Source: Sulfurospirillaceae bacterium (GTDB lineage Bacteria > Campylobacterota > Campylobacteria > Campylobacterales > Sulfurospirillaceae). Taken from it: a stretch of 64,000 nucleotides of DNA. The notes beneath the pieces are model-generated. The model had not been told where the DNA came from, ran no database searches, and saw only the letters and a list, made by a program, of their open reading frames with translations. Below are positions 30,179-42,099 of the stretch, one piece after another (positions within the stretch are counted from its first letter, which is position 1; each line of letters opens with the position of its first letter). The stretch spans positions 199,028 to 263,027 of the forward strand of contig JAWVXD010000004.1 in assembly GCA_033723415.1 (NCBI GenBank), in the 5' to 3' direction. Made by a program: the position numbers and the translations under genes.

Positions 30179-30346
30179 ATGAAGGATAAAGAGATCAATA
30201 AAATAATCGAAGATACCGAAAATGCAAATGCTAACGGTGCTATATTCATAGAAAATTATCTAACAACTGCCGGCAATGAACCGCATATGAATATAGACAT
30301 GATACAAAAAGCCGGATATAAGATAGCCAAATACCGTCATGAATGA
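30179..30346 (+). pseudogene. bioB: Biotin synthase remnant (internally deleted)
   Basis: 55-codon ORF MKDKEINKIIEDTENANANGAI/FIENYLTTAGNEPHMNIDMIQKAGYKIAKYRHE*; NYLTTxG...GYKIA resembles the BioB C-terminus; sits at the topA-bioB-antiporter position known from C. jejuni. Confidence 0.72.
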
Positions 30347-31508
30347 AATAGCAATAATCGTCACTATCTCGGTGATCTTATCTATTTCTCCTTTTTTCTC
30401 AAAATTACTTCGTATACCAACTCCTGCCATAGAGATAATACTCGGCACGATAACAGCATATTTTGGTCTATTAAGTGATCATTATCTCTTTAAGTTGATA
30501 GCTGAAGTCGGCTTCTTTTATCTTATGTTGATGGCAGGCATGGAAGTCGATCTACGACTTTTCACAAGCAAAAAAGCACCTATCATAAAAGAAGGTTTTA
30601 TATATCTTATACTCCTTTATACCGTCTCTTTTTTAGGGATCTTATACTTTGATTTAAACAAAATCTTGATTATATTGCTACCTATGATATCCGTCGGTCT
30701 TATATTGGCTCTGCACAAAGATTACGACAAAGACTCACGCTGGTTGAGCCTTTCTATGATTGTAGGCACAATGGGAGAACTCACCAGTATCACTTTACTG
30801 ACCTTTGCCGGAGCAACACTGGAATTTGGCATAGGTATAGAACTGTATAAAACTATCGCTTATTTGATATTGTTTTTAGCCGGGATCTTTGTTTTATTTA
30901 AATTATTACGAATAGTTTTTTGGTGGTATCCTGAGTTAAAAACATTTTTGATGCCGCATTTTGACAAAGAAGAAAAAGATGTAAGACTATCTATGGCTAT
31001 TTTCTTTTTACTCATCGCTATCATGGTGTTTTTACACCTAGAAGTTGCCTTTGGTGCCTTTATAGCAGGTATCTTTATCAACACATTTTTTGAGCATAAA
31101 AAAGAATTACCTGAAAAACTCTCATCATTTGGGTTTGGATTCTTAGTACCGGTGTTTTTCATATATATAGGTTCAACTTTTAAACTACAGGCAATCCTCT
31201 CAGAAGGACTTGTGATAAATTCCCTTCTTATAACATTTCTGATGATAGGCGCACGTGTGATTTCATCTTTTGTTTTTATAAAGATGTTACGCATCAAAGA
31301 GGTCATACTTTTTGGATTGTCCCACTCTATGCCACTTACTCTTTTGATAGCAGTTGCTACTATTGCGTACAATTCACATAGTATCACTTATTTTATCTAT
31401 TTATCTTTTGTTCTTGCCAGCATATTTCAAGTAATTCTTGTAATGCTTGGCATAAAGTTAATAATGGCTTTTTATCCCGATCCAAAGACACAAAATAAAG
31501 AGACTTGA
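30339..31508 (+). CDS. Cation:proton antiporter (CPA2 family)
   Basis: Polytopic membrane protein with AGMEVD, GAFIAG and FLVPVFFI motifs. Confidence 0.88.
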   Translation: MNEIAIIVTISVILSISPFFSKLLRIPTPAIEIILGTITAYFGLLSDHYLFKLIAEVGFFYLMLMAGMEVDLRLFTSKKAPIIKEGFIYLILLYTVSFLGILYFDLNKILIILLPMISVGLILALHKDYDKDSRWLSLSMIVGTMGELTSITLLTFAGATLEFGIGIELYKTIAYLILFLAGIFVLFKLLRIVFWWYPELKTFLMPHFDKEEKDVRLSMAIFFLLIAIMVFLHLEVAFGAFIAGIFINTFFEHKKELPEKLSSFGFGFLVPVFFIYIGSTFKLQAILSEGLVINSLLITFLMIGARVISSFVFIKMLRIKEVILFGLSHSMPLTLLIAVATIAYNSHSITYFIYLSFVLASIFQVILVMLGIKLIMAFYPDPKTQNKET

Positions 31509-32149
31509 AACCCTTGAAAAAGATACTCCTTTTAGAAGATGATGAAATTTTGTCTCAGACGATTGCACAACTTTTAGTTGAAGACGGTTATGATGTCAGT
31601 ATCGTAGGTGATGGAGAAGATGCTCTTGAAGCGACTTATACCAATAATTTTGATTTGTATTTACTTGATATCAATGTCCCATTATTAAACGGAGTAGATT
31701 TTTTGAAATTATCAAGAGATGCAGGAGATCAGACACCTGCCTTTTTTATAACTGCCCTTAGAGATATTGATTCGCTGACAAAGGCCTTTGACAGTGGATG
31801 CGATGATTATATAAAAAAACCTTTTGACCTTGATGAACTTTTACTCAGAATAAACGCTAAATTGAAAAAAGCAAATCCAAGTATAGAATACGGAAATATA
31901 AAATTCGATCTGTTTGAAAATAGAGTTTATCAAAATGGACAAGAGGTGAATCTTGGAAGCGTAGAAAAAGCTATATTTTCGCTTTTGATACAAAACCCTA
32001 TGACTACCGTGCATAAATCAGTATTTTTCGATGAAATGATAAAGCCAAGTGATTCTGGACTACGAGTTTTGATAAATAAACTCAGAAAGACATTTGAGAT
32101 AAATATTATCAACATAAAAGGCATAGGATATAAACTTGAAAAGTTATGA
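31505..32149 (+). CDS. OmpR/PhoB-family response regulator
   Basis: LLEDD, LLDINVP phosphoacceptor, KPF, winged-helix end LRK...GIGYKL. Confidence 0.92.
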   Translation: MKPLKKILLLEDDEILSQTIAQLLVEDGYDVSIVGDGEDALEATYTNNFDLYLLDINVPLLNGVDFLKLSRDAGDQTPAFFITALRDIDSLTKAFDSGCDDYIKKPFDLDELLLRINAKLKKANPSIEYGNIKFDLFENRVYQNGQEVNLGSVEKAIFSLLIQNPMTTVHKSVFFDEMIKPSDSGLRVLINKLRKTFEINIINIKGIGYKLEKL

Positions 32150-33170
32150 AAGAGAATCTTTTCTCAAAGTTTTTATTATATTTCTTCTTGTCTTATCCGT
32201 GCTATGGAGTATAATTTTTTATTTGTACTACAAAGAAAATGAAGATTATATGAATGAAGATCTCTACTATCAGATGAAAAATTATGCATTTGATTTTAAG
32301 GGAGACAAGTTTTCTCTTGATATCATCAAAATAAATAAAAATATTGAATTTTCAAAACTTTACAACCAAAAAGAAGGTCTGTTGGTATATTTTCCGATGC
32401 CGAAGAACGATAAGTATATGCTAAAAATTTTATATGACAAGAACAAATATCAAGCAAATTTAAATGCTTTAAAGATAAAAACTTTAAAACTAGCATTGAT
32501 AATCTTGTTTATTTCGCTTATATTTTCGTTTTATTTTGCTATATATTCTCTAAAACCTATGAAAAATGCACTGCAATTGTTAGATATGTTCTTGAAAGAT
32601 CTAATCCATGACTTACATACTCCTATAACATCTATACTGCTAAACGCTAAATTGCTCTCAAGGAAAGAGAAATCCGAAGAGCTAGAAAGAATAGAATTAA
32701 GCGCCAAAAATATTTTATCTTTATATAAAAATCTGGAGATTTTAAAGAATAAAACAATAGAGAAAACAAATACTATAGACGTCAAAGAGATTATCGAAGA
32801 AAAAGTAAAAGTACTAGAGAAGATATACCCAAAGATAAAGATCACGAAACGATTGAATCCCTTATATATAAATAGCAATGAAGATGCAATCTCCAGAATA
32901 CTAGAGAACATTTTAACAAATGCCTGCAAATATAATAAGAAAAACGGCGAAGTCACGATAACAGCACATGATAAAAAAATCATAATTGAAGATACAGGGA
33001 TCGGAATCAAAAATACAAAAAAGATATTTGACAGCTACTATAAAGAAAATGAAAGAGGACTTGGCCTTGGTATGAATATAGTAAAAAGACTTTGTGACGA
33101 ATTAAATATCAAAATAAAAATCGAAAGTGAAATAAACAAAGGCACGATCGTAGAACTAACACTTAACTAA
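32136..33170 (+). CDS. Sensor histidine kinase
   Basis: Two TM helices around a small periplasmic domain; HDLHTP H-box, NACKY, DTGIG and GLGLG motifs. Confidence 0.92.
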   Translation: MKSYERESFLKVFIIFLLVLSVLWSIIFYLYYKENEDYMNEDLYYQMKNYAFDFKGDKFSLDIIKINKNIEFSKLYNQKEGLLVYFPMPKNDKYMLKILYDKNKYQANLNALKIKTLKLALIILFISLIFSFYFAIYSLKPMKNALQLLDMFLKDLIHDLHTPITSILLNAKLLSRKEKSEELERIELSAKNILSLYKNLEILKNKTIEKTNTIDVKEIIEEKVKVLEKIYPKIKITKRLNPLYINSNEDAISRILENILTNACKYNKKNGEVTITAHDKKIIIEDTGIGIKNTKKIFDSYYKENERGLGLGMNIVKRLCDELNIKIKIESEINKGTIVELTLN

Positions 33171-33187
33171 TACTTCTCCTTTATAAT
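33154..33187 (+). promoter_or_regulatory. 11-bp tandem direct repeat (candidate OmpR/PhoB-type operator) plus -10 box
   Basis: AACTAACACTT (33154-64) then AACTAATACTT (33165-75), followed by TATAAT at 33182-87. Confidence 0.6.
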
Positions 33188-33216
33188 TCTATATAAATTC
33201 AAAAAGGAGACTCTAT

Positions 33217-33666
33217 ATGAAACTAACAAATAGCATGGCAATCATATCAATAATCGCTGCTTCTGCATTGTTTGGTGCGACAACTGCTGATTCATTGGCT
33301 GCTCAACTAAACGAGACAACTAATCCTCAGGTTAGAGCTAGGATCATGAATCAGGTCAAGGAACAAATGCAACACATGAATGAAGTACAAAGAGAAGCAA
33401 CACTATCTCATATGCACAGTGAAGTGGAAAATGCACATGCCGAAGCACAGCACGGTATGGAATCAGAGCAAGGTAGTTCTCAAGACAACGAAGGTGTAAA
33501 CAGCGAAACCGAAGGCCATAGTAATGACAGTGGTGTCGGTGAAGATGGTGGAAATGATGCCGGTGGCGTCGGCGGAGATGGCGGAGATGGCGGTGACGGC
33601 GGCGGTGATGGTGGCGGCGGTGATGGTGGCGGCGGCGGCGGAGGCGGTGACGGCGGTGGTGACTAA
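33217..33666 (+). CDS. Secreted hypothetical protein with helical N-terminus and acidic Gly/Asp low-complexity tail
   Basis: SD AAGGAG, Sec-type signal peptide, (GGD)n tail ending at the stop codon. Confidence 0.75.
   Translation: MKLTNSMAIISIIAASALFGATTADSLAAQLNETTNPQVRARIMNQVKEQMQHMNEVQREATLSHMHSEVENAHAEAQHGMESEQGSSQDNEGVNSETEGHSNDSGVGEDGGNDAGGVGGDGGDGGDGGGDGGGGDGGGGGGGGDGGGD
33531..33663 (+). repeat. GC-rich GGC/GGT/GAY low-complexity tandem repeat encoding poly-Gly/Asp
   Basis: ggcggagatggcggagatggcggtgacggcggcggtgatggtggcggcggtgat... contrasts with the AT-rich background. Confidence 0.9.
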
Positions 33667-33676
33667 GGAGGCGCAA

Positions 33677-33958
33677 ATGATGATATTTACAAAGATCAAA
33701 TACCTCTTGTTTTTTGCCATTATGCTTTCATTTTTCAGTGGATGCACAACAAAAACAATAGCCATAGACAAAGATAGAGACCACGTACCTGACTATAAAG
33801 ATGTATGTAAGTCTACCCCAATAGGTGCAAAAGTGGATAAGTACGGTTGCGCCATAGATTCAGATTTTGACGGCGTTATAGATTTATATGACAAATGCCC
33901 TAATACTACTGCATCTCAACTCGTTAACAAGTACGGTTGCCCTGTCAGAGAACTATAA
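33677..33958 (+). CDS. Small lipoprotein with two thrombospondin type 3-like (Ca-binding) repeats
   Basis: SD AAGGAGG, lipobox FSGC, repeats DKDRDHVPDYKDVC...GC and DSDFDGVIDLYDKC...GC. Confidence 0.8.
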   Translation: MMIFTKIKYLLFFAIMLSFFSGCTTKTIAIDKDRDHVPDYKDVCKSTPIGAKVDKYGCAIDSDFDGVIDLYDKCPNTTASQLVNKYGCPVREL

Positions 33959-33969
33959 GTTCTCTGACA
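33943..33969 (+). terminator. Stem-loop ending the islet operon
   Basis: TGTCAGAGAACT-ata-AGTTCTCTGACA perfect inverted repeat over the stop codon. Confidence 0.7.
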
Positions 33970-34072
33970 ATTATTAAATTTTTTATAAAATTTATTTTTG
34001 TTATAATTTTTGGTATAATCCTTCTCAGACAAGAAAATAATATACTACAAAAATTACACACAAAGGATACTT

Positions 34073-35350
34073 ATGGCAAACAATACGGTTACTATTTTAG
34101 ACAATAGAACTGGCGAAAAATATGATTTTCCGATTTTGGAGCCGACCATAGGTCAAAGTGTTGTAGACATTTCCAATTTTTACAAAGAAACCGGCATGTT
34201 TACATTTGACCGAGGCTTTACCTCAACTGCTAGCTGCAGATCTAAGATTACTTACATAGACGGTGCCAAAGGCAAGCTGATGTATAGGGGATATGATATA
34301 TCATATTTGGCAAGTAAGAAATCATTTTTAGAGACGGCTTTTTTACTCTTACATAAAGAACTACCGACAAAAAAAGAGTTTGATGCCTTTAGTTATGAAT
34401 TGAAAAAAAGATCATTTATACATGAGGGCATGAAGAAGCTTTTTGATGCTTTTCCAGACAATGCACACCCTATGGCAATACTCTCTTCGGCAGTAGCAGC
34501 ATTATCTACTTTTTATTTTGATTCTCTTGATATGGATACTCCCGAAGAGGTTATTGAGATGGCACACAGAATTATAGCCAAGATACCTACTATCGCCGCT
34601 CTTTCATATAGATATTCAAACGGCTTACCTGTCATTTATCCTGATCTTGATAAAGGATTTACTGAAAACTTCTTGTACATGTTGCGTGGCTATCCTCATC
34701 ATCATGTAGATTTACGTCCGATCGAAGTTGAAGCACTTGATACGATATTTACTCTACACGCAGATCATGAACAAAATGCCTCTACAACTGCTGTGCGTGT
34801 CGTGGCTTCAACTCATGCACATCCATACGCTGCGATAAGTGCAGGTATAGGTGCACTTTGGGGAAGAGCTCACGGTGGAGCAAATGAGTCTGTCATACGA
34901 CAGCTTGAGATGATAGGAACAGTCGATAATGTAGATAAGTTCATCGCAAAAGCAAAAGATAAAAATGATCCATTTAGACTTATGGGATTTGGTCATAGAG
35001 TTTATAAAAACTTTGATCCAAGAGCAAGAATATTGAAAACGCTTAGAGATCAACTTGTAAGTGAGTTAGATATCAGCTCAGAACTCATCAAAGTTGCAAA
35101 TAAAATAGAACAAATAGCATTGAGCGATGAGTATTTTATATCAAGAAATCTATATCCAAATATCGACTTTTATTCTGGATTGATTCTTCAAGCATTGAAA
35201 ATACCAAAAGAGATGTTCGCCGTAATCTTTGTTATAGGAAGGACGCCTGGTTGGATCGCTCAGTGGATAGAACTGAAAGAACAGCCTGATATGAAAATCG
35301 CAAGACCAAGACAATTGTATTTGGGACCTCTAGAGAGAACACCTGAATAA
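34073..35350 (+). CDS. gltA: Citrate synthase
   Basis: HADHEQNAST, HGGANE, GFGHRVYK and YPNIDFYSG motifs. Confidence 0.97.
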   Translation: MANNTVTILDNRTGEKYDFPILEPTIGQSVVDISNFYKETGMFTFDRGFTSTASCRSKITYIDGAKGKLMYRGYDISYLASKKSFLETAFLLLHKELPTKKEFDAFSYELKKRSFIHEGMKKLFDAFPDNAHPMAILSSAVAALSTFYFDSLDMDTPEEVIEMAHRIIAKIPTIAALSYRYSNGLPVIYPDLDKGFTENFLYMLRGYPHHHVDLRPIEVEALDTIFTLHADHEQNASTTAVRVVASTHAHPYAAISAGIGALWGRAHGGANESVIRQLEMIGTVDNVDKFIAKAKDKNDPFRLMGFGHRVYKNFDPRARILKTLRDQLVSELDISSELIKVANKIEQIALSDEYFISRNLYPNIDFYSGLILQALKIPKEMFAVIFVIGRTPGWIAQWIELKEQPDMKIARPRQLYLGPLERTPE

Positions 35351-35352
35351 AG

Positions 35353-35982
35353 CTATCTAAGGGTGATTATAAAATCGCCCTTTTCTCTTTTCATTTTATA
35401 ATCATATTGACCATCAAGTTCTATTGCAACCCTATAGTAGTCATTGTGATTTCCTAATACGATAGAGACAAATGGGATAGAATTTGTCTTGAAAGTTTTG
35501 GTTAAAAAGTTTGTATCTCTTCTAAAGTCAAGCACTACTTTATATGGTTTGCTAACTAAAAAATCTCTAATCAATTTATCTTTCGTGATCACTTTTAGAC
35601 TTTTGCCTTTTACTTCAAAACTGACAAAATTTTTAAATTTGTATGTTGAAACTTTAGTAGGCATCTCTTTGGCAGGAGTGATGTTTTGTTGTGTTATCTG
35701 CATTTCATTTGATTTTATTCCTAATTCAAACGAATTATGCCAATCGATCTTTTTATCGATCTTTATAGATTTTTTTTCAATTGAACCGTCAATATTTTGA
35801 TAAGACACTTCTATATTTTTTAAAATTCTTGCACTATCAGGAAGCTTAAAACTAGCATTTTTAAAATTGTCTTCTTTAACCTTTGTACTAGTAGCTTCTT
35901 GTATATTTTCTATTGGTTGAAAAGGATTGTCTCTGGCAATACAAACTATACTAAGAAATAAAAAAAGTGCTAATTTCTTCAC
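35353..35982 (-). CDS. Exported AMIN-domain protein
   Basis: Signal peptide, ARDNPF, PYKVVLDF, GNH..YYRVAIELDG; position downstream of eno. Confidence 0.75.
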   Translation of the reverse strand: MKKLALFLFLSIVCIARDNPFQPIENIQEATSTKVKEDNFKNASFKLPDSARILKNIEVSYQNIDGSIEKKSIKIDKKIDWHNSFELGIKSNEMQITQQNITPAKEMPTKVSTYKFKNFVSFEVKGKSLKVITKDKLIRDFLVSKPYKVVLDFRRDTNFLTKTFKTNSIPFVSIVLGNHNDYYRVAIELDGQYDYKMKREKGDFIITLR

Positions 35983-36022
35983 ATATTTTCCTTATGAGCA
36001 AGTTGAATTGTATTTTACAATT

Positions 36023-36292
36023 TCAATTTGACGGCTCCAATTGTTTTAATTCAAAATATTCTTTTTGTAAAAGAGCATTTTGTTTTTTAATCAATTTTAC
36101 ATTTTGAACAAGACTGTCTCTACTGTCTTGAAGATCCAAAAGAACCTCAAGAGAGCTTTTCCCAAATAGTACATTTCCTACATATATGCCAAAAAAGACA
36201 ACGACGACAATAAGCAGTAACACTTTACCATAAAAAAGTTTACCATACCTTTTTCTGCCGCCTTGCCCTAGCTCATGTAAAATCTTGTTCAT
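36023..36292 (-). CDS. FtsB/septum formation initiator-like protein
   Basis: One TM helix, FG..S, coiled coil NALLQKEYFELK; directly downstream of eno. Confidence 0.7.
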   Translation of the reverse strand: MNKILHELGQGGRKRYGKLFYGKVLLLIVVVVFFGIYVGNVLFGKSSLEVLLDLQDSRDSLVQNVKLIKKQNALLQKEYFELKQLEPSN

Positions 36293-38589
<2,297 letters not shown>

Positions 38590-38753
38590 TAATTTCCTTT
38601 AGTAAACTTTTTACAAAATCAAACAAATTTAAATTTTACAAAAAGCTCGTGCACAATTTGTTTATATTTTATCACGTTGTGCTTAAAAAAGCCCTTTTAA
38701 AATAGAAGTTTTAATAAAAAAGTGATAGAATTACCGAAGGAAAAAGGAGTTAT

Positions 38754-39617
38754 ATGAAAAAGATTATGGTTGCACACTCACCTGATGCCGATGATATTTT
38801 TATGTATTATGCGATCAAATTCGGCTGGGTAGGCTTAAGAGGTGTTAGTTTTCAGAATATTGCCTTAGACATAGAAACTCTTAACCAAAAAGCTCTACAA
38901 AATATATATGATGTTTGTGCTATCAGTTTTGCCCTATATCCAAAGATCAGAGACGAATACGCACTTTTAAGAACTGCTGTTAGTTTTGGAGAAGGATACG
39001 GACCAAAATTGATAAAACTCAAGAACAAAAAACTCAAAAAAAATTTTAAAGTGGCGCTTAGCGGTGAGCATACGACCAATGCTCTTCTTTTTAAGATCGC
39101 TTATCCTGATGCAAAAATTGTCTACAAAAATTTTCTGGACATTGAGACTGCCGTCACAAGCGGAGAAGTTGACGCAGGAGTTTTGATTCATGAGAGTATA
39201 CTGAATTTTGATGAGAACCTGGAAGTAGAACGAGAGGTCTGGGATATTTGGAGAGATCTTTGCAAAGATGATCTTCCTCTTCCGCTCGGTGGTATGGCTA
39301 TTCGAAGATCGATCCCGTTAAATCAAGCTATAGATTATGAAGAGCTTCTCACAAAAGCCGTAGAAGTAGCTCATAAAAACAGAAAAATGCTTTCTCAAAT
39401 GCTATTGCAACGGAACTTGATACGAGTTGATGCACAGACACTAGAAACGTATCTTGGACTTTATGCAAATGCAAAATCAATAAGTATGAGTGAGACACAA
39501 TTAACTGCTGTAGATAAACTTTTTGAGATAGGCTATGACCATGGCTTTTATGATGCAAAAATAAAAGTGAGAGATCTACTTATACCCACCGAATATAAAG
39601 AAAAGAGGAATTCATAA
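38754..39617 (+). CDS. mqnD: 1,4-dihydroxy-6-naphthoate synthase (futalosine pathway)
   Basis: HSPDADDIFM, GYGP, GVLIHE and PLPLGG motifs. Confidence 0.85.
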   Translation: MKKIMVAHSPDADDIFMYYAIKFGWVGLRGVSFQNIALDIETLNQKALQNIYDVCAISFALYPKIRDEYALLRTAVSFGEGYGPKLIKLKNKKLKKNFKVALSGEHTTNALLFKIAYPDAKIVYKNFLDIETAVTSGEVDAGVLIHESILNFDENLEVEREVWDIWRDLCKDDLPLPLGGMAIRRSIPLNQAIDYEELLTKAVEVAHKNRKMLSQMLLQRNLIRVDAQTLETYLGLYANAKSISMSETQLTAVDKLFEIGYDHGFYDAKIKVRDLLIPTEYKEKRNS

Positions 39618-39618
39618 A

Positions 39619-39885
39619 ATGGAGGCAAAACTTATAGGTTTAGGAGTGGAGACATTTAAAATCACTCTCTATTTATCTATGCCTATGCTTCTTGCCGGTT
39701 TATTTGCCGGTCTTGCTATCAGTATATTTCAAGCTACTACGCAAATCAATGAAATGACCCTTAGTTTTGTTCCAAAGATCATAATAGTCATAATTGTAGC
39801 GATCTTTACTATGCCATGGATGATGAATTTGATGACAGAATTTACAACGCACATCATAACGATGATACCTACATTTATTTTTTGA
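39619..39885 (+). CDS. fliQ: Flagellar export apparatus protein FliQ
   Basis: SIFQATTQINEMTLSFVPK motif. Confidence 0.97.
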   Translation: MEAKLIGLGVETFKITLYLSMPMLLAGLFAGLAISIFQATTQINEMTLSFVPKIIIVIIVAIFTMPWMMNLMTEFTTHIITMIPTFIF

Positions 39886-40667
39886 TGCAAAGAACCATAG
39901 ATTTTTCAACATTTTCCAGTATAAAAATAGGTCCTTCTATCCAAGTGGAAGTTATAGACGAGATTAGAGACTATCGTGATTTTATAATCATAGGAGGTGC
40001 CAACAATCTACTAGTTTCCCCAAATCCTCCAAGACTTGCTATTTTGGATAAAAAATTTGATTTTATTTATGAAAAAGACGGTTTATTGCATATAGGTGGC
40101 GCCACGACAAGCGGAAAGATCCTCTCTTATGCAAAAAAACACGATATAGCAAATTTTGAATTGATGCAAAAACTGCCGGGAACCCTGGGCGGGATAGTAA
40201 AGATGAATGCAGGACTCAAAGAATGGGAAATATTTAATCATCTTGTCGCCGTAAAAACAGAATTTGGCTGGATTAATAGATCTGATATAGAATATGGATA
40301 TAGATATACAAAATTTAACGGAATTGTTTTTGAAGCAAAATTTGAACGAATACAAGGCTTCAATAAAGAACTTCTACATATGTTTAAACAATTCAGAGAT
40401 AATCAACCAAATCTTCCGAGTGCAGGGAGTTGTTTCAAAAACCCTAAAGAAAACTTTGCAGGAAAGCTCTTAGATGAATCAGGATTAAAAGGATACAGAA
40501 TCGGGAATATGGCATTTAGTAATACACATGCAAATTTTTTAGTAAATATGGGTGGTGGAACTTTTGAAGAGGCTATAACACTAATAGAAAAAGCAAAAAA
40601 AACGGTTTTAGAGAAAACAGATGTAGAATTAGAATTAGAGATAAAGATATTAGGGCACAAAATCTAA
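39885..40667 (+). CDS. murB: UDP-N-acetylenolpyruvoylglucosamine reductase
   Basis: IGGANNLL, PGTLGG..KMNAG, PSAGSCFKNP and HANF motifs; start overlaps the fliQ stop (TGATG). Confidence 0.95.
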   Translation: MQRTIDFSTFSSIKIGPSIQVEVIDEIRDYRDFIIIGGANNLLVSPNPPRLAILDKKFDFIYEKDGLLHIGGATTSGKILSYAKKHDIANFELMQKLPGTLGGIVKMNAGLKEWEIFNHLVAVKTEFGWINRSDIEYGYRYTKFNGIVFEAKFERIQGFNKELLHMFKQFRDNQPNLPSAGSCFKNPKENFAGKLLDESGLKGYRIGNMAFSNTHANFLVNMGGGTFEEAITLIEKAKKTVLEKTDVELELEIKILGHKI

Positions 40668-40817
40668 AAGACTCCCCGATGTGCCCTTCATTCCCTATAT
40701 AGCTATATAAGTCATTATAAACTTAACAAGAATTATAGTGAATATCATGTATTAAAGCTCTTATGGAGACAAGTTAGGTAAAAAAAATATGTTTTTTTAA
40801 AGAAAACTTAACATAAT

Positions 40818-41819
40818 TTATACATCTTTTTCAAACTCTGTAGATCTGGGATGTATATCTATTTTGTTTATATCCACAAATTTATTTAGTCTATACGCAT
40901 CTATTGCACATCTACCTATCATAGCTGCATTGTCGGAACAGTATTTTAACTCTGCCACATGCAAAGATGCTTTTTTCTCTGCACAAAAATCATCTATCTT
41001 TTCTCTTAGGCTCAAATTTGCACTTGCTCCGCCTACGATACCAAAATCTGTAATTTTCCTATTTTTATATATTTTTTTTAATTTCTGCATCAAATGCTCA
41101 ATTGCTACTTTTTGAAATGAAGCACATATATCGGCTTTTATTTTATCATTTAGAGTATCTTGTTCTTCTATCGACAATCTAACCTGATTTTTTAAACCTG
41201 AAAAACTAAAAGCAAGTTTAGGTGAATTTGACAAAGGAACAGTATATGAAAAAGCTTTGCTGTCACCTTTCTTTGCAAATTCCTCTACGATAGGACCTCC
41301 AGGGTACCCCAAACCAAGCATCTTGGATACTTTGTCGAAACTTTCACCAAAGCTGTCATCAAGCGTAGTTGCAAGTATCTTAATGTTTTCATAGTCTTGC
41401 ACATGAAGTATCTGAGTGTGCCCTCCCGAAACCAATAAAATATCTATAGGGAATTGTGCCTCTTTTTCAATAAATAGAGAATAAATATGTCCTCTTAAGT
41501 GATTTATGGGCAAAAGCGGCAACTTCAATGAGATACATAAAGCTTTTGCCATAACAATACCTTCGATCAATGACACACTGAGTCCCGGCTCATTTGTAAC
41601 GGCGATTGCTTTGAGTTCTTTAAAGTATTCTTTGGTTTCCTCCAGTATCTTCGGCAAAGTCACGGCATGTAGTCTGGCTGCAAGTTCCGGAACTACTCCG
41701 CCATAAATGGAATGATCTAATTCTTGAGATATCTTTTTATGATAAATCAGTTTTGCATCTTCTATGCCGGTAATCGCTATAGAACTATCATCACAGCTGC
41801 TTTCAATGCTTAAAATCAA
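40818..41819 (-). CDS. tsaD: tRNA N6-adenosine threonylcarbamoyltransferase
   Basis: IESSCDD, GGVVPE, VSGGHT, GESFDK, YPGGP and DNAAMI motifs. Confidence 0.96.
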   Translation of the reverse strand: MILSIESSCDDSSIAITGIEDAKLIYHKKISQELDHSIYGGVVPELAARLHAVTLPKILEETKEYFKELKAIAVTNEPGLSVSLIEGIVMAKALCISLKLPLLPINHLRGHIYSLFIEKEAQFPIDILLVSGGHTQILHVQDYENIKILATTLDDSFGESFDKVSKMLGLGYPGGPIVEEFAKKGDSKAFSYTVPLSNSPKLAFSFSGLKNQVRLSIEEQDTLNDKIKADICASFQKVAIEHLMQKLKKIYKNRKITDFGIVGGASANLSLREKIDDFCAEKKASLHVAELKYCSDNAAMIGRCAIDAYRLNKFVDINKIDIHPRSTEFEKDV

Positions 41820-42099
41820 TATTTTCTCCTGATCATGTTGGAAATAAGTTTGAATTATATCATCTTTTAGATATATAAGTTTTTGACTACTTTAGGACTT
41901 AGTAAATTATTTTTTACATTTTAATATAAATTTAAATTAAATTTTATCTTTCTTTAGATATTATTTCAAAAGATAGTTATAAATAATCATTCACTTCTAA
42001 TTCGCTGAGTGAATATTATGAAAAAGATGAGTCTTTTGGTTAAAAATATAATCAATTCAATATAAGGTATACCCCTTATAAATTATTCGGAGGTTTAGA

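Noticed and set aside
30860..33010. Long antisense ORFs (30860-31387, 32531-33010) and similar ones elsewhere
   Set aside because: They lie fully opposite well-supported genes and show no recognisable motifs
33356..33771. His/Arg-rich and Ala/Thr-rich minus-strand ORFs, and the 33524 upstream extension of the lipoprotein ORF
   Set aside because: Shadow frames of the GC-rich Gly/Asp repeat; the lipoprotein has its own SD and signal peptide from 33677
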